From the NCBI GenBank assembly GCA_051294375.1, contig CM119270.1:19943160-20007159 (forward strand): a stretch of 64,000 nucleotides of DNA, given 5' to 3'. Both the position numbers and the translations under genes were made by a program. Below the pieces are notes generated by a model. It was not told the origin of the DNA, ran no database searches, and worked only from the letters and a program-made list of their open reading frames with translations. Shown one piece after another: positions 58,506-64,000 of the stretch; positions within the stretch are counted from its first letter, which is position 1, and every line of letters starts with the position of its first letter. Source of the DNA: Paraspadella gotoi. Its lineage: Eukaryota > Animalia > Chaetognatha.

Positions 58506-59455
58506 TAGATAACTAAATACAATAATGCATTATAACAATGATACAATTACAACCCAATCGGTGCCATCAACGATTCATTCATTCATTCATTCATTCATTC
58601 ATTCATTCATTCATTCATTCATTCATTCATTCATTCATTCATTCATTCATTCATTCAATCATTCATATCCCTTCAGGACTTCGAGGCGGAAGAGCTTCGT
58701 CTTCGCGAATCCCTAGGCGACCTGGGAGTGATGGAGTTCAACACGGCTTCGCTGGGGCAAGACATCGTCAACATGCACAAGAGGATCGAGATACAAAAGG
58801 AACAAATGAGAATGGGACAAAGATTTGTGGAAAAGCTGGAGAAAGAAAAGAGAGAAGTGGAGGGGAATTATGATAAGGTGAGGGAGAGGGAGGGGAGGGA
58901 GAGAGTGGGAGTGAGAGAGGGAGAAGGAGAGAGAGAAGAAAGGAGGGAGGGGGGAGAGGGAGGGAGGGTGAGAGGGAGAAGTAGAGAGGGAGGGAGTCGG
59001 AGTGAGAGAGGGAGAAGAGGAGAAAAAGAGAGAGGAGGGAGGGAGAAAAAAAAGAAAGAAATAAAAAAGAAAGAAAGAAAGAAAGAAATGACTAAGACAA
59101 AAACGAGAAGAATAACCTGATTTTAGTTGTCGTCGTTGTTGTTGTTGTTGTTGTGATCATAATTCCTTCCCCCCCTCTCGCCCAAAAGGTTCGCCACGAT
59201 CTCGACGTGGCGCGGATGGACAACAACAAAGCTGAGACGGACAATCTGGAATTGCAGAACCAATTGTTGCCGGAAGCGAGAGCCCAATACCAGAGAGAGG
59301 CCAACCAGCGAGAGGAAGGAAGGCCCAAGCTCAAGAAGAAGAAGATCAAGAAGATTAAACCGGCGGAGGAAGAGTGGGAGGAAGAGGGAGGAAGAGGAGG
59401 AAGGAGGAAATGGGACGAGGACGAAGGAGATGAGATCCCGAGGAGGAGGAGATAA
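57635..59455 (+). CDS. Coiled-coil protein, paralogue A (261 aa, 4 exons), family unrecognised
   Basis: Phase-0 GT-AG exons 57635-57814, 58110-58247, 58677-58877 and 59189-59455 splice into one ORF (MPEMTEAELEKLEKR...QDIVNMHKRIEIQKEQ...AETDNLELQNQL...EEGRPK...RRRR*). It is E/K/R/Q-rich with heptads and aligns without gaps to gene B. Confidence 0.9.
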
Positions 59456-60563
59456 AAGGAGGAGAAGGGAGGAAAAGAGGGAGAAAGATAGGATGTTCAT
59501 GTTTTTGATGATAAGATAATAAACAAAAAAAGCTCAACCAATTTAATCGGAATTGCGAAGAAAAAAAGATTTTGTTTTTCGCCGCGTCCTTTCTTATAAT
59601 CGCAGACGACAAACGCTCAAAAAAGCCCTAAAAAGTTATAAATAGCTCAAAAATTAATTTAGTTTTTTTTTTTTTTTCGTTGAAGTCGTTTTTTTATGCC
59701 ATAAGTTATGGTGGTCTTTAATAGCCAGCAGAAAAAGAATTGTCAAAAATAACATCATTTTCAAGTTTATAAACACTATATTTCAAAGACATTTGTTTTC
59801 CTCAAAGGCTCAAGTAAAGACCGTCAAAAAACTACTTCAATGAACACAAAAAGTTTTGAACAAAAGCTTTTTAAAAATATTCTTAAAAAAACAACTCAGA
59901 TTTCGTCTTTTAAATTCTATAATTTTACTTTTGTTCAAAAATTCGCGTTATTTTGGTAATTTTGTTTCTCATTCGTTTAATTTTTGTTTTGTTCATTTGT
60001 TTTTGTTTGATCTCAAACGAGACAACTATGTCAAATAATTAAATTATATTTATTTATATACTTTATCAAACGGGTGGCAAAATATAAACAATTTTTTTTG
60101 CTTAACATAGTTGTAGATTAAATAATCTTTGATCCTAACACGAAACGCATTTTCTAGTCCCTCTCCAATGAGAATATATATTTTAATTTTAACTTTCAAC
60201 TAATTGTACGTTTACGGGCTCAAAAAATCGTTTTGAACAATAAATATCGAAAACATAATTTTGCTCAAAATGTCCGTTTTGTACAAATAATTTAGGCAAC
60301 TGCTGGAGGAGAGTGAGAGAGGAGGGAATCGAATTTCTTTCTCCAGATCGGCTCAATCCAATCGAGTCAAAGACTTTAAACTTCTTCCTCCCGTTCGGCT
60401 CGTCCAGACACGTCCGATCACTTTGAAGACCAACTCTTTCGAGGAGCGAAAAACCACCTGCCATTCATCGCCAGGACTCTCTTCCCCAATCTTCGGCAGA
60501 CCTAGTCACCGACACCTCTCTCAACCTTCTCGCCAACACCCTCTTCAAACCCTTTCGTTTAAA

Positions 60564-63589
<3,026 letters not shown>

Positions 63590-64000
63590 AAAACAAAAGG
63601 GAATTGGACCGAGAAAAATAAAAAGCATCGGAAATGAAAAATATTTAATTAAATACATTAACAAACAAAAAAAAAAAAAACTAAAACAACAAACGAAAGA
63701 AAAACTTATTTGTAAAAAAATCAAACAACAAAATAAATGAGAAACTCAACTTTATTTTTTAATATTTTTTTTTAAAAATCGTCGTATAATTTGGCGTCAA
63801 AAAAAAAAAAAAAAAAAAAACGAAAAGGAACTTAATACTTATTTTCTAAAAATCTTATGCGACATTTCATCCGCTTTACGTTTCTCAGTTATCAATTATC
63901 AAACGAATATAACATCAACAATAAACAACTATATGAAATGAAAACCGTTGACCTGAGATTTTTTGAAGGAATAAAATTAGATTTGTGGAAATGACACTTA

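Overview
AT-rich, microsatellite-laden eukaryotic (invertebrate metazoan-like) scaffold with several N-gaps. Stretches of noisy, indel-rich consensus suggest a partly polished long-read assembly. Almost all ORFs in the supplied track are microsatellite artefacts. Four real genes can be built by hand: a 6-finger C2H2 zinc-finger gene split by a poly-A frameshift (16558-17132), a 5-exon LDLa-containing prohormone-4-like gene (46778-51031), and two tandem coiled-coil paralogues (57635-59455, 60564-63589). The paralogues align without gaps for ~220 aa but share no intron position, and the second appears to use two GC-AG introns. The 27.5-46 kb region holds two versions of one locus, one inverted. 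Each version carries an insertion whose empty site lies in the other: a 5.15-kb long-TIR DNA transposon, and a 1.4-kb Penelope-like fold-back insert with a hammerhead-ribozyme core in each arm. Also present: a separate minimal hammerhead just 3' of the ZNF gene, a 4.6-kb near-perfect palindrome (possibly artefact), a TTAA-flanked Kolobok-like element, Helentron/DINE-1-like short elements and decayed L1/Tx1-like fragments. No database searches were run; family assignments come from recalled motifs.
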